Numbered from the stretch's first letter, positions 49,238 to 62,065 are shown. The stretch: 64,000 bases of DNA from Asterias rubens (GCF_902459465.1 NC_047063.1:10974001-11038000); one strand, 5' to 3'. The notes: generated by a model not told the origin, from the letters alone. Program-made: numbers and translations.

Positions 49238-50221
49238 AAAATAGTAGAGTCCTGTGCCGTTTCGTATTACATGCAATCAGCAGCACTAAACATTTCACTG
49301 TATTTGGGCTATCTTGTATACATTTTGTATTGACCTTTTCCTTGTTTGACATGCTATATTTGTGTGCATTTTTCATTACAAACATTAATCCAGCTTGTAG
49401 ATTGAAAAGATATTTTTCCCCCCGAGTGCTATTAATAAACCTGCTGATATTTACTCAAGGTGTTCTGTCAGTTACATAACAAGAATTTAATTTCAGGATA
49501 AATTTGATAATTTAAATCTTGTGTATAGCCTAGCTACCAACACTACTAAGGTTATGTTTACAAAGTGCTAGGCTGTTGTATTGACAGAATGTATCGTATG
49601 ACGTCATACTTCGGCCAGCTGTTCATGATACCTAAGTTGGATTGAAGATAAACTCTGACGCGTTCAATTTATCCTAATGTTTTCCTTTTCATTTCATTTA
49701 ATTTCAGCTCATTTTATTGGAATCACACAGGCCAAATTGCACATGATTAACAATAATTAAATAGTAAAAACATTAAGAAAATTTAAGGAAGAATTAAAAA
49801 AAGATATTAAAAAACCCACATTTACAGGACTGGTGGAATACAAACAATGATGAGTTGCAATGCAAAAAAAAAAAAGCACTATAAAAAACAAAAACAACAA
49901 GCAAATAGAAGTGTGTAAAATGTGTTTTTATATTCTTCTTTTCTTTTCATGTCTTTCTTTGATGTTGTGATCATCATTTGTTTTTATCTTTGGATAAACC
50001 AGGTAAGTGATTTTGGTTTATACATCTGCCCTTGAGCTCTTGGAAAGCACCCCCCCTATCGAATAAGAGGAAAACAATATTTAATTAACTAATCAGTTTT
50101 GTACAGGTAGGTTAGTAACACCACTGGTAATATAAACATTACCATGCACAGTAACTTTTCTGGTCAATATCCAAATCCAACAATAAGCACCAGAAACTAA
50201 GGGAACGAATACCACTGATAA

Positions 50222-50497
50222 CCTAGGTCAAAATTCCAGTTGAACCCAGTTAACTAACTAGGGTCAACTGGTTTAACTGGATAGTGACCAAACTTGTCCA
50301 TTTTCCATATTAACCAACTGGTTTGGACTAGGTTTAACTGTGTTCAACTAGGTTAAAATTTTAAACCAGTTTGTTTCTGTCCATTTTCCATATTAAACCA
50401 ACTGGTTTTAACTGTGTCTAACTAGTTAATCAACTGGTTCTCAACTAGTTCCAGTTAAACCCAGTTTAACTAGGTTCAACTGGAATTTTGACCTGGG
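50222..50497. mobile_element. Foldback MITE built from AACTGG/CCAGTT/AACTAG motifs
   Basis: CCTAGGTCAAAATTCCAGTTGAACC ... GGTTCAACTGGAATTTTGACCTGGG (25-bp TIR, 1 mismatch). TGTCCATTTTCCATATT occurs twice internally. Confidence 0.75.
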
Positions 50498-50589
50498 AAG
50501 AGATGTAAATGTCAAGCGGAAATGAGCTGGTAACCAATTACATCAGTCTGTTAGCATTTAAGCTGCTTACTAGGGCTGAAAGTCACGAA

Positions 50590-50754
50590 GCTATTTAAGC
50601 AGAAAGCCTTGCTTACAGTACAGCTGGGCACCAGTCACAACAATGTAAACACTTTGGAGGTAAGACTGGTAACCAGTTGCTCCTTTAGTTAGCAAGATTA
50701 GTCTGTGCTTAGCAAACTGTGATGTTTAAAACTAGCTTCATGAAATTGGGCTCT
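50590..50754. mobile_element. Family C-related fragment
   Basis: CCAGTCACAACAATGTAAAC...CTGGTAACC...GCTTCATGAAATTGGGCTCTG. Confidence 0.55.
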
Positions 50755-50987
50755 GTGTTTCTGCTTGCCATTCTTCTTCTGTTTCAAGTAAGCACGATAT
50801 TCTTGTGTGAAGTAATTAGAGGCTCTTGCTTTTGTCCTCTGTGGTTGTGTAGGGGAGGACAAGTCCCTAGACAGCCAATGTTTATGCAAGCATTAAGATT
50901 CCAATGCAATTACTCTCACCTATAAACATTGGGAATTTTAATGTGACCTAATGTTGACCATTAAAAAGTGTTGACCCATAGCCAGAC

Positions 50988-51350
50988 AGGGGAAGAGGGA
51001 TGTTAGGGAAGGTGGAGGGGAGATGGCATGGGTGGGGGTGCCTTGACTGAAGGGTGAATGTTGATGACCAGCAGCTACCGTGGGAGGGTGGGGGAGGGTT
51101 TGGGGAGACTGGTCTTGTGGAGGGGGAGGGAATGGTTAGGGGTGGCTTGATTGAAGGCGGCTGTTGATGACCGACAGTCCACAGAGATAGAGCAGGTCTT
51201 GGGGCTACAGGTTTTTGGGAAGGTTGAGGGAATGGGGATGGGTGGGGAAGGGCGAGTGTTGATGTCCAACAGCCACCATGGAAGAGCGGGGTTTGGGGAG
51301 ACTGGTCTTGGGGAGACTGGTCTTGGGGAGACTGGTCTTGGGGAGTGGGG
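50988..51350 (+). repeat. G-rich degenerate tandem repeat, ending in three copies of GGGGAGACTGGTCTT
   Basis: Recurrent GGGAAGGT.GAGGG, TGTTGATG.CC..CAG and TTTGGGGAGACTGGTCTTG blocks, with many GGG runs. Confidence 0.8.
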
Positions 51351-51533
51351 GTGTTGGTATAAAAGATATTCAGAACTGGAAAGAGATTTGTGATACAATG
51401 TGTGTTCTGTGGCCCACTAAACCCTCGCAGCTATAAATTGTCAGCCATTCAGCAGCATTTTCATAAACGATAACAGTCCATTATGATAACTGTGTGGACT
51501 GCAAGACAATATTAAGCGGTCGCCCCTCCTCCC

Positions 51534-51920
51534 TTAAAGACAGTGGACACTATTGGTAATTGTCAATGACTAGCCTTCACAGTTTGTGTATCTCAACATA
51601 TGCATAAAATAACAAACCTGTGAAAATTTGAGCTCAATCGGTCATCGAACTTGCGAGATAATAATGAAAGAAAAAAACACCCTTGTCACACGAAGTTGTG
51701 TGCGTTTAGATGGTTGATTTCGAGACCTCAAGTTCTCAACCTGAGGTCTCGAAATCAAATTCGTGGAAAATTACTTCTTTCTCGAAAACTATGGCACTTC
51801 AGAGGGAGCCGTTTCTCACAAGGTTTTATTCCATCAACCTCTCCCCATTACTCGTCCCCAAGTAAGGTTTTATGCTAATAATTATTTTGAGTAATTACCA
51901 ATAGTGTCCACTGCCTTTAA
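51534..51920. mobile_element. Kolobok/T2-like MITE, family A
   Basis: TTAA|AGACAGTGGACACTATTGG ... CCAATAGTGTCCACTGCCT|TTAA. Confidence 0.88.
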
Positions 51921-54621
51921 ACTCTGGATCTCTCAAGATACCGTACTACATGATTTCCAAGGGGTCATACATTGGGCGAGCTGTGTGTGGTTTTTCCCAC
52001 TACAGCCAGCTGGAAAAACAGTTAAGGCTAATCATAACACTGTATGATTAATACGGTAGATATGAAACAATATCGCTGAGTAATGTTACCACGCCGGACA
52101 ACAAGCCGAGATGAAGACGGTATTCCCGTGAGAAAATTAATCTACCAGAGGTGTCCTTGAGAAAAATCATACCTTGTGCATGGGTCCTAGTCTCTACACA
52201 ATTGGATTTCTCATTTTTGAATTGGATAATGTAAGGAGATGATAACGATTTAAAATGGAAAGCCATATGAAAGTACAGGATTTTGACAAGTGATGATAAG
52301 TTGAATCACATAAACGTTTGTGGGCACGTGTATGTGAACTGTGTATTGGGAAAAGTCGTTGAACATTGACGCCTGGTTTATACATACCTAACTAAAGCAA
52401 AATGAAAAGCGGCTTAAATAGGAAAAGCGGCTTCAATTTAATTTGTATTTTTTCTTTTTTTTGGCTGGCCCTTGCACTTTATTCATGATAGTTTTCTGTT
52501 TTTGCAGCAGTTGAGAGTCAGCCACTATAATTAACGGTTGCACAATCATGTTGTTAGAAAGTCAGCACTCTGCACTCGGCAGTTAACATATTCCGTCCTC
52601 TATTTATACTGGCCTTTAACAGAAGCCTGTAAAAAAAATCCTCAGCTTATCATCAGAGACCTCCTAAAGCAACTTGTAAATAGTCAAAACAACTCAACCA
52701 AGAGAACAACAAAAATAACGAGTCCATTTTCTCCACTCTTTTTTTCTTATGAATAAAATGTCCCTCTCGTGGAAGTCTTGTAACGGTTGTGAAACATGAG
52801 TGCTGTCTGCCTCCCCATTGAACAACAACTATTTCATTTGTCCATTCTACAAAAGTGTCACAGTTCCTTGCTGGTCAGAGGGTGTTTTTAACCCCCCTTC
52901 CCTCGCTGTACATCCCGTAGCCGACAAACAGTTATTTTCTCTAGCGATAACAGTTATTTCTATGGGCTACCACATAGTTATTTTCCAGACAAGATAAGTC
53001 CTTTTGTCGGAGGAGTCACGAATGGGGGCATTAGTCAAGATTTGAATTAGTTGGATCGGATCAGAGGCGGTGTTCGCCTCTATGGGGACCAGCTGGGGAG
53101 AAAGGCACCTTCTTATGTGGTGATTAAAAGTGGTGGCGAGATGGGCGGACTTTGTTAAATGGGTCATTATGAAGGGGAGGTCTGCATTCCATGAGATTCC
53201 TGTACTGGCAATGGTGTTTAGGGGACGTTTTTGTATTCTGGATGGGATATGGATCTTAAAAGCTATCAGTGGTTTACAGGGGGAGGTGTTGGGGCGGGAA
53301 GGGTTGGGGGGGTTCATTGCAGACGGATCATCTCCTAATGTGCTCTAGCTAAGAAGGATTACAGACACTTTGAGTAATCCTGGCTTTTCAAGGATGGATA
53401 ATCTTGTCCTATGTTGTTATCCTGAGCAGTAATTTGGGATGGGGGAGGCTTAATTATAAACAAACAAACACATTGGGAATTTTGTTCTCATACATGCCCG
53501 TGCATTGAATTATGAAGGACACTCTTGGAAAAAAATGCTTGTTAGAGAAGCTCCCAATGTTTGTCATCTTATCTTTTATCAAGCCGTCGATATTGTATGG
53601 TCAGACACGAAAAGAGCAATGTCACAGTTTTCGTGGATCAAAGATATATCAGAAACCTGATTGACTGAATGAGTTTAAAAATTATGTCTGTATAGACCCC
53701 TTGCATTGGCTGCCATCTTTGACGAAACGTGCACACATGAAAGGCTATCATTGGCTTAGAGTCGTGCACAGCACAAAGTCCTTTTTATTTTTTTATTTAT
53801 TTTTTATTATACAAAGATGGTGGTCATGACGCCATGGGCAAACCATCTATTGTATGTGCCTGCGGCTTGTTGTCACGTGAACATATGTTAAAGTATAGGA
53901 TGCCTATAGCATTATCCTTAGCAATAGCCGAAGCCATAGCTGAAGCTGGCCAGTTCAGACTCAGCCTAACCAATTTCTAGTAATGAAAAAAAAAAACGAG
54001 GCAATTGGTGAAATTAAGATGAAAACTATTCAAAGGAATTACACAATAAGGACAGCAGAAACTCCTGTCGAAGATAGACCCTATAGGCCCTACATGTTGC
54101 TAAACGTGTTAAACATGTGCATGTACAGGTGTATACTGAAATGTAAACATGTTGTTTTATCTAAATTTGGGAACCAGCAATGCAAGGAATTCCCATATCT
54201 TGGCAACCCTTAAATTCTCGTGATAAGCCCAGACCCATTGATATTAAAGATTTAAAATGCTAAAATAGACGGCCGTCATTCGTAGGCTGTTAGATGACGT
54301 TTCTAATCTTAGAGAAGTTTTTTTGTACTGTAAGCTTCTTTGTAGGGGTTTAAGAGGGGATAATGGGGGATGGTTTTGGCTGGTTGTTTGGCAAAGAAAC
54401 ATCTAGGATATTACATGGCTGAGTTGGCAATCCATCTCACATACAGTAATAACCATTATTGCTTTATCGTATGGTAAACTCATCAGAGTGGTGAAGTAAA
54501 ACAATGGTGTTTTGAAGAAGAAAGTGGTGTCTTAAAAATCAATTATTTGTTTTGTAGCAGATTAGCAAGCATTAATTGTATTAAAGGAACATGTTGCCTT
54601 GGATCGGCCGAGTTGGTCTTA

Positions 54622-55308
54622 AGCCGTGTTCGCACTGGATTAATATGTATTTTTACAACTTGGAAAACAACGCCGCCTGCCAATGAGGCATGCTCCGACA
54701 CAGAGGGCCCATTACGCGGCTAGGAATACCTTCTAAACTATTTTCTGCACGGCCTGGCTCCGTTGTGTTTGTGTTGTGCATAGAGACATATAGGGACCAA
54801 TACTCGGCTAGCTTTAGTACACGCGATCTAGTGGTTGTTGACTGCATTTGCCTATTACTGCTGTACAAATCACCGTCATATTGAAACTTTTGATCGCAAC
54901 TTCTGAACGGGTCATTTCTCGAACTTATAAATCCGTGTATGGGAAAATTATTCCTCGTTTTTCAGCTTACGAGTTGCATTCCTGATTTGTGCTACATTTA
55001 ATAGTTCGATAATCACGAAAATCTTATTCTTCCATGACAAAACATGTCAGCTTCCTCGGGTCAGGAAGATTTAACCGAGACGTCGCGTCCGCACTGGACT
55101 TTCTGGCTCGGTTAAACTGACTCGGTCAATCTTCCTGGGCACTCGGTCAATCTTCCTGGGCACCTTTGGCTCGGTTAAACTAACCGTGCGGCGTGGGTAA
55201 GTTACCTGTCAAAAAAACTACCCAGGCTGTTCGCACTGGACTTAACATGGGTAAGTTACCCATTGGCTCGGTTAGTTTGCCCAAATTAAGTCCAGTGCAA
55301 ACACGGCT
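54622..55308. mobile_element. 687-bp TIR element with TA on both flanks, apparently inserted into a TTAAAGGAACA-type element starting at 54581
   Basis: TA|AGCCGTGTTCGCACTGGA ... TCCAGTGCAAACACGGCT|TA. Subterminal repeats CGCACTGGACTT, GGCTCGGTTA and ACTCGGTCAATCTTCCTGGGC are present. Confidence 0.75.
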
Positions 55309-56217
55309 TTAGAAAAGCGTTTGAAAATAAAAAAATTAGACTGCACAATGAATGCCATTATTGAGTAACAAAATGGTGATTTTTGAGAAGCAACTGACAC
55401 ATTTTGTGTAGCATTCTGCTCTGCTGTACAAAGGGAAACCATTTCCTGCCTTGTCTTGTTCAGGAAAATGTAAAAAAAGTAGTCCCAAAAATAGGGATTT
55501 ATTATAAATACACAGAAGCAGGGGCCATCGTGACCCGAATGACCTGACAAATTATCAGACTGCTCATTGGCTTTTCTACAGTTGTGCCATATGTCAGCAC
55601 GGTAGGGGATCTTCCTGCTTGGAGAGCCAGCTTTAAGCCCCCAATGCTTACTCCACAGATCGATTGTCTTCCAGTAGACCAAACTGAACTTGAATGCTGC
55701 CCAAAGCATGATTTAGAAACCCCAGACTTTATTGACCTGGAATTGTGGTATATTGATGCCGCTGGAGTGATGTGAGGGTCTGATGCGGAGTTAAAGGTGG
55801 TACTAGAGATGTTCTTTGTTTGAATCGCCTTCGAAGGAATCTGTAATACTTAACTATGTAGGAGTTTCGTTAGAGATGAAAATATAACCCCTCTCCCACC
55901 ATTGAAAAAGAAACACCCTGCTAAAAAAAACCACAATCTGTCGTTACATAAAGAGGGTCTAGTGTCCAGAAAACACAGATTAATATTTTGTTTTTATCTG
56001 GGGTTGGATGCACCCTACCCTCCATTAAACATTTTAAAATAATCATAGGTTCTCCCCTTAGTCATTTAACATTCCCTATAAAATCATCATATTTATTGTT
56101 TTACTTCTTTATTAGATGTAAGAGTAGGAAAGTCTCAATTAAATATGTTTAAAAAAATCATAAAAATTAAAACCCAAAACATAAATTATCTGTGCTCAGC
56201 TTGTCTTTTGGCCCGAA

Positions 56218-56380
56218 TCAGAGGACTTTAACAAAAGGGATCCGGGTGGTGTGGCACACCAAGTATGTCCTCATTTAATTTTGTATTCAAACCAATTTCA
56301 GAGGACTTTAACAAAAGGAATCCGGGTGGTGTGGCACACCAAGTATGTCCTCATTTAATTTTGTATGCAAACCAAGTTCA
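56218..56380. repeat. Tandem duplication, 2 x 80 bp
   Basis: TCAGAGGACTTTAACAAAAGG.ATCCGGGTGGTGTGGCACACCAAGTATGTCCTCATTTAATTTTGTAT starts at 56218 and 56298. Confidence 0.9.
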
Positions 56381-56420
56381 CTTTTAATTTTAGTTCATTT
56401 TATTAACAACATCATATTTA

Positions 56421-56727
56421 TATTAATTTTGGTTTTTACCCATATACACCGATGTGTGTTAGCACTGTATACTCAGTACTTCCCGAGTCCTGTGAAAAAA
56501 TATCACAGGTGAACAAATATCACAGGCATGTTACTCGGGTGGGATTCGAACCCACGACCCTTGCAATTCTAGAGCAGTGTCTTACCAACTAGACTACCGA
56601 GCTAGAGGCAGTTCGAATCCTATGTTTTGGCAGCGGGTACCGAGTATACAGTGCTAACACACATCAGTGTATGGGTAAAAAAACAAAATTAATATTCTTT
56701 ATCCCTGATGCAAATTTAACATCTATA
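56421..56727 (-). mobile_element. Family E tRNA-headed repeat with an inverted duplication of its own 3' part
   Basis: 56421-56478 is the reverse complement of 56637-56693. The tRNA-like head lies between them. Confidence 0.8.
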
Positions 56728-57223
56728 ACATCATATTTCATGGCCAACAGGCCTCATTGAATGTGATTTACGATCAGTAATTAGAAATAAATAGTAAAAA
56801 TATTAAGACAAATACAAGTAGGAATTTAAAAACACACATGGAGTACAGCACCGGATGAGGAATACAATCAATAAAACAACCAGTTGGGAATCGCTAAAAA
56901 AAAACCCACTGAAGTCCAAACAATTGGGAGAAGAAAGAAGCCTTAGATTTGACATTTGACCAGGTCGACTAACGGGGTGTGTGTATTTCAGGGAGTCAGG
57001 TGTTCCCACATCCCCCTTGTGTAGAGATTTTACCTGCGAAGGACAAAACAATGAATGGTTTGAATTTCATTCTGTGTTTGATTAACCTTGAGTGCCTACA
57101 GTAATGGTCTCCAGCTGTGGTGTTTTGATCCATTTGGAATGGTCGGAGTGTACAATTTTTTTCTCTCTTCTCTTCAGTTTATTTCAATTGGCGAAGGTAT
57201 GTTTTTAATATCACATTGTAATG

Positions 57224-57370
57224 TTAAAGGAACATAAAGAATTGGGAAAAAAACCCAAAACACGCGTCTAAGATCACAGATTTGCATAAAACTCACAAGG
57301 TCTAATGATGATGATAGTAGAAAACACCCCTTGAAATATTTCTGTCCAAAATTTCATATTTGATGAGAAA
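57224..57370. mobile_element. Kolobok-like MITE, family B, left part
   Basis: TTAAAGGAACA...GATGATGATAGTAGAAAACACCCCTTGAAATATT...CATATTTGATGAGAA. Confidence 0.65.
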
Positions 57371-57801
57371 TCCCGTTTGGAATTTCCCCCCTGAAAAGAA
57401 ATTCTCTCAAAGATTACAGCGTTTCAGACTTTAATATTTCTGTGGAGGATTGGTTGGTACATTACCTACTTATGGCGAGTATAAACAAATGTTCCATTAC
57501 TTTCTTGGTATCCCTTAAATATCTGTGAGCCATAAAGTTATCAAATAGACAATTCAAATTCCATATCTTGCAATTCCCAGAAAGCAAATTCCACAATCAA
57601 CTGACCCCACTTTTGGTTTTTCAGGTTGCACAAACATTTGATCAGAATAGAACACTATCTCTAAGCAAACCACAGATCTCTATCCCCTTGCCCCACCCCC
57701 CCCTCCACCATCAGACTCCCTTATCAACGCTGCTTTTCTCTCTTGTGACTGTGAACAAATTTATCAAGTTACGGACTTGTGATACTCGCTGAGAATTACT
57801 T

Positions 57802-58212
57802 TTAAAGGCACTGGATGCTTTTGGTAATTGTCAAAGACAAGTATTCTCACTTGGTGTATCCACCTCCATGGTGTTATCCCAAGCATAAAACAACAAACCT
57901 GTGAACATTTTTGGGCTCAATTGGTCATCGAGGTTGCAAGAGAATAATTAAAGGAAAAACACCCATGTTGCACAAACTTGTGTGCTTTCAGATGCATAAT
58001 AAAAGACCTCAGCTGAATTCTTTAAATATTGTGAGTGAGAAATTACCTCTTTGCCAAAAACTAAGTTACTTCAGAGGGAGCCGTTACTCACACTGTTTTA
58101 TACTTGCTATCTCAGTTGTATAACATAACAGTTCTCCATTGCTCGATACCAAGTCAGTTTTTGATACTAACAATTGTTTTGAGTAGTTACCACAACTCTC
58201 TAGAGCCTTTAA
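57802..58212. mobile_element. Kolobok/T2-like MITE, family A-related, degenerate
   Basis: TTAAAGGCACTGGA ... GAGCCTTTAA, with internal ACAAACCTGTGAA and CTTCAGAGGGAGCCGTT. Confidence 0.7.
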
Positions 58213-60947
58213 GCTTGGATTTTCCACTGCTTGTTCTCTTGGGTTCTTGGAGAGACATTTTGATTGGAAGATGTGGGGAGGAATTACTCTGGCTACTGTG
58301 GCCGGTCCGAGACGGTGTCCATGTGGATGCGGTAGATTGGGAATGCATAGCTTAGATTGCTGGATGTTAAAGCTCCATAATAGAAAGTTGATAATGACGT
58401 TTGAACTGTAGTGGTGTAACAGTCAAATGAGAGAAATAGTACGTCCTTGTCTGGGAATTGCTCCAAAATGTGTGGCGCGTTTTGAAACCTCAAAAATGTG
58501 TTTTGCAGATTTTGTATGTTTGTTGAAAAAGTTGAATGATTGAAAAGAAACGTGTGATGTCCTAAACATGATGGTATAACGATCGGAGGATCTGTACTTT
58601 AGTTTAAAAGAGATAAAGAGGTAACTTCAAAATGAAAGATATGGTTGAAGTTCCTTAAATATAGCAGTGTACTTTTTTACCAAATTTCCTTATTGGTTAA
58701 AAAAATATATAAACAATCAGGAATTCATTGATGTATTTAGTTTGTTATTTTCCGTACATAGGCCCTAAGCGTTCAAGTAAAAAGAAAGGAATGGCTTTAA
58801 TCACTTTTACCCCCCCCCTATCTTTCGGACATATACCCAAACCTTGAACCCTAATAAAACAATTATAGTCTCAAAACATTTCAGCTTGTCCTGAGCATTT
58901 AATAATTAATAAGAAATATATCACAGCGAGTTAATCAATCACCAAGGAGCTTGAAAATTGTGGTATTTATGTGTGCGATTGTTTTCCCTATATGAGTCAC
59001 CAGGAGTCTGATAATGAAAACCCCAAGTCAAAGTCATTAGTGTAGCAACTTGTAGTCGGCGGCGAGCATTAGTGTAGCAACTTTGTTGTCGGCGGTGAGC
59101 AAAACGGCATGAAATGATCACTCATAAATTTTGCAACTTGAGCAGTCATGCCTCAAGGAACAATCATCATGTCTTCAACGAGCGAGATTGTGAAGAGAAA
59201 AGAAAGAAAACTTAATCGTGATGATAATTTATCAGTTCTGAAGAATGTTACCGAATCTCTCTCTCGATCGGAATCCCTGACTGTTGTTCAAAATCACGCC
59301 AGATTGACATATGGGGGTCCACGGACGTGGCGCAGGCCCTTAGCGGAGTGTAACTGAAGACTGACAGCGCAGTGTTGTGCCAAGCAAAACATTTTGACTA
59401 ATAGTGGAAAGTAATACTGCTTGGAAATTCTTTTTGGGCAAATCAGCATTTCAAATTGTCGGAGCAATATACGGCAAGAGTCACGTTACATTGATGAATG
59501 ATGGTGAGAAGTGTGGGGGGGGGGGGGTTGAATATATTGAGAGAGTTGTCCATGTGAGTAGGGAGACCGTAGTCTCATTAAGGAGTCCCTTAAGATAATT
59601 ATTCATGTATTCTGTTGGGATGCAGATGTACATGGAACCGGGCTTTTCAGAAATGAAACTAACCAGTTGAGGGTCTTGTGTGTAGAGTCTTCAAGTATTT
59701 AAAAATAAATAATAGGTAATTTAGATATTCATTGGTAAGGCAAACTCTCTTTGCATAGTGTGTTTTGTTTTGCTGTCAACTGTGCCCAATACCACTTTAA
59801 AGAGAGTTTTGTTTTTGTTTTGACCAAAAAAGCAAAAAAGCATTTCAAATTATGGTGGACACAATACTATAGCACCATTACATTAGGTTTGGGTACATTT
59901 TATCTGCATACACCCGAACCAAACAGTGCACTCCTATAGTAACCACCATATCTCAAAAAGGCTCATTCCTTATAGAACCTTTGGTTAAATTGGTGAGGAT
60001 AGAACAAAAAACATGTAAACACCAGCAATTATTTATTTATTTAAAGATCTTTAAATTCCGATCTTTAAAGGTGTTTGCAATTCAGTTTCCCACAGAGGAA
60101 CCTTTATTTTGTGGGAACACAATGACCTCAGTGAAACTGATAATCTATTAGACAAAGGTATTGATACTAAAATGATTTCTCTACGTGCAAATTTGTCCCA
60201 CAACAAATCCCAGTCGGCCATATTAAAAAAAAAGAAAAAAGAAAAAAAGAAGAAAAAAAGAAGACCGAGGAAAGAGGAAACCTGATGCGGACTGCCCCGG
60301 GTGAAATGAAACTAGGGCTAATGCAGCATTATTGGAATGTAATATCACAAGGGAGAAAGACTGAGAGTGGCATATTACATTTGAGACATGTGCCACACGT
60401 TCTGCCGAAGGCATCACTATAGCTGCTATGGCAAGCATTTGCTCTTGTTGTGTTTGCAATTTTCCCACTTAAACTAATTCTGCTTTGAAAAAGAAGAAGA
60501 AAAAAAAAGAAAAAAAAAAGGGTGATAAATGTGGGGGCCCTGCGGCAACTGTATGTACATGTATGTCACGCATTTTCATTTAAGGTTTTGTCCGCTTTCC
60601 ATTCATGCGCATGGGTCTTAAATAAAAAGTGCCTGTGGCGTGTGCGTCTCGCAGGCTATTATTATTTTGTGTCATCCACAAAGATTTCAATCGCAGGAGT
60701 GCACCTTTCTATGATCTAAATAATTAAAGAAAATAAATAAGCTTGTGGCTGTACTGCAATTACAATGTCAGTGAACGATTTCCCTCTTTGATAGCATAGC
60801 AAAATGCAACGCAAAATGTGTCGTTTGCTACTCATAAATCAAAAATTTGCGACTCAATATTACCGTGCCCAAAATCTTTTCAATCAAAATATTTTGTTCT
60901 GCAAAATTGTCAGATGAAATCGTTCCCTGAGTGTGTAGACTGGCCTA

Positions 60948-61096
60948 GGACCATTTTCATAAAGCCTGTAAGCATACAAAATAAGCAAAGCACAGAAAAG
61001 AATTGCTTAAAATGAACAGGTTACCCGCCGATTTTTGCTGAGGAAAGAAATTTGCCAAGCAGCTTTTTCTGCTTAACAGCTTTATGAAATTGGGCC
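60948..61096. mobile_element. MITE, family C variant
   Basis: GGACCATTTTCATAAAGC ... GCTTTATGAAATTGGGCC|CTG. Confidence 0.65.
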
Positions 61097-61455
61097 CTGT
61101 TTGGAAAGGTGGTATATTTAGAAAGTAAGTAAATGTTGAGAAGTTGATTGGGATGTCACATTAGAGGAAGGTTCATTTATTTTTAGGCTTGTACGTGAAT
61201 TGTACGTGGCTACCAGTCTAGTTTCAAATCTTTTTTTAGAACTTTAATTTTCATTGAATTGTATACAATAATGTTAGGCTACAGCTATGGCTGTTGCTAA
61301 GGGTGTTGCTAATGACGTCCTATACTTCAACGTAGGATGACACAGAAAATAAGCCGTAGCCCTAGCCACGAATTCGGACACGGTCTTACATATGCTCAAT
61401 GCTTTTGAATGCATAGCTCCTGCTAATACGGTGTTTATGTGCAATGATAAACCAG

Positions 61456-61585
61456 GGGTCGATTTCACAAACAGTTAGGACTATTCCTAAGAGATATCAA
61501 AAGCTTACAGTTAGTCCTAAGTTAGGACTAGTAACTCGTCCTAACTCGAGATATGACTAGTCCTAACTCTTTGTGAAATCCACCC
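61456..61585. mobile_element. MITE, family D, CAG target duplication
   Basis: CAG|GGGTCGATTTCACAAA ... TTTGTGAAATCCACCC|CAG. Confidence 0.8.
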
Positions 61586-61707
61586 CAGTTGCATTTCAGA
61601 AAGAAATTCTGGCTATTATCAGTCCAGCAATCTTGTTAGCAGACATAGGGCTTCGTTCATAAAGAGACATCTCCCCCATGAATAGGGTACACCCTTGTAG
61701 TACATAG

Positions 61708-61740
<33 letters not shown>
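61708..61740. repeat. Poly-C run (33 nt)
   Basis: Directly visible in the sequence. Confidence 0.95.
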
Positions 61741-61741
<1 letters not shown>

Positions 61742-62065
61742 TTGCATTCATCGCTATGGTTTGCTGACGTCTTTTGTCGGGAGGTGCTTGGAACTCCCGA
61801 AAAGAATCACTAAAAAAGGATGAACCTTGAAAAGGGGGTTATCTGTAAACACTCGGTTAAATTAAATCTGACAATGCTTTGCTGCATTCTGGAGTGAAGA
61901 TTTGAGTTAACAGGGGGAAAAGGAAGAGAAGAAGAAAGCACAAATAAAAAGGGAAAAGGTATAGCGGATGATAATTAGTCGAATTGGGTGAACACAAAAT
62001 TCACTCTTTGGGCGCATGCAAGGTGTTTGTTTGTTGCACAACTTAAAAAATACATTAAATAACAG

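Noticed and set aside
33423-51878. Recurrent similar ORFs (33423, 33490, 37671, 45781, 45848, 51651)
   Set aside because: All are translations of family A MITE interiors, and none has transposase motifs.
55440-55850. Coding-like frames on both strands near 55.5-55.8 kb
   Set aside because: No recognisable domain and no consistent start or splice structure.
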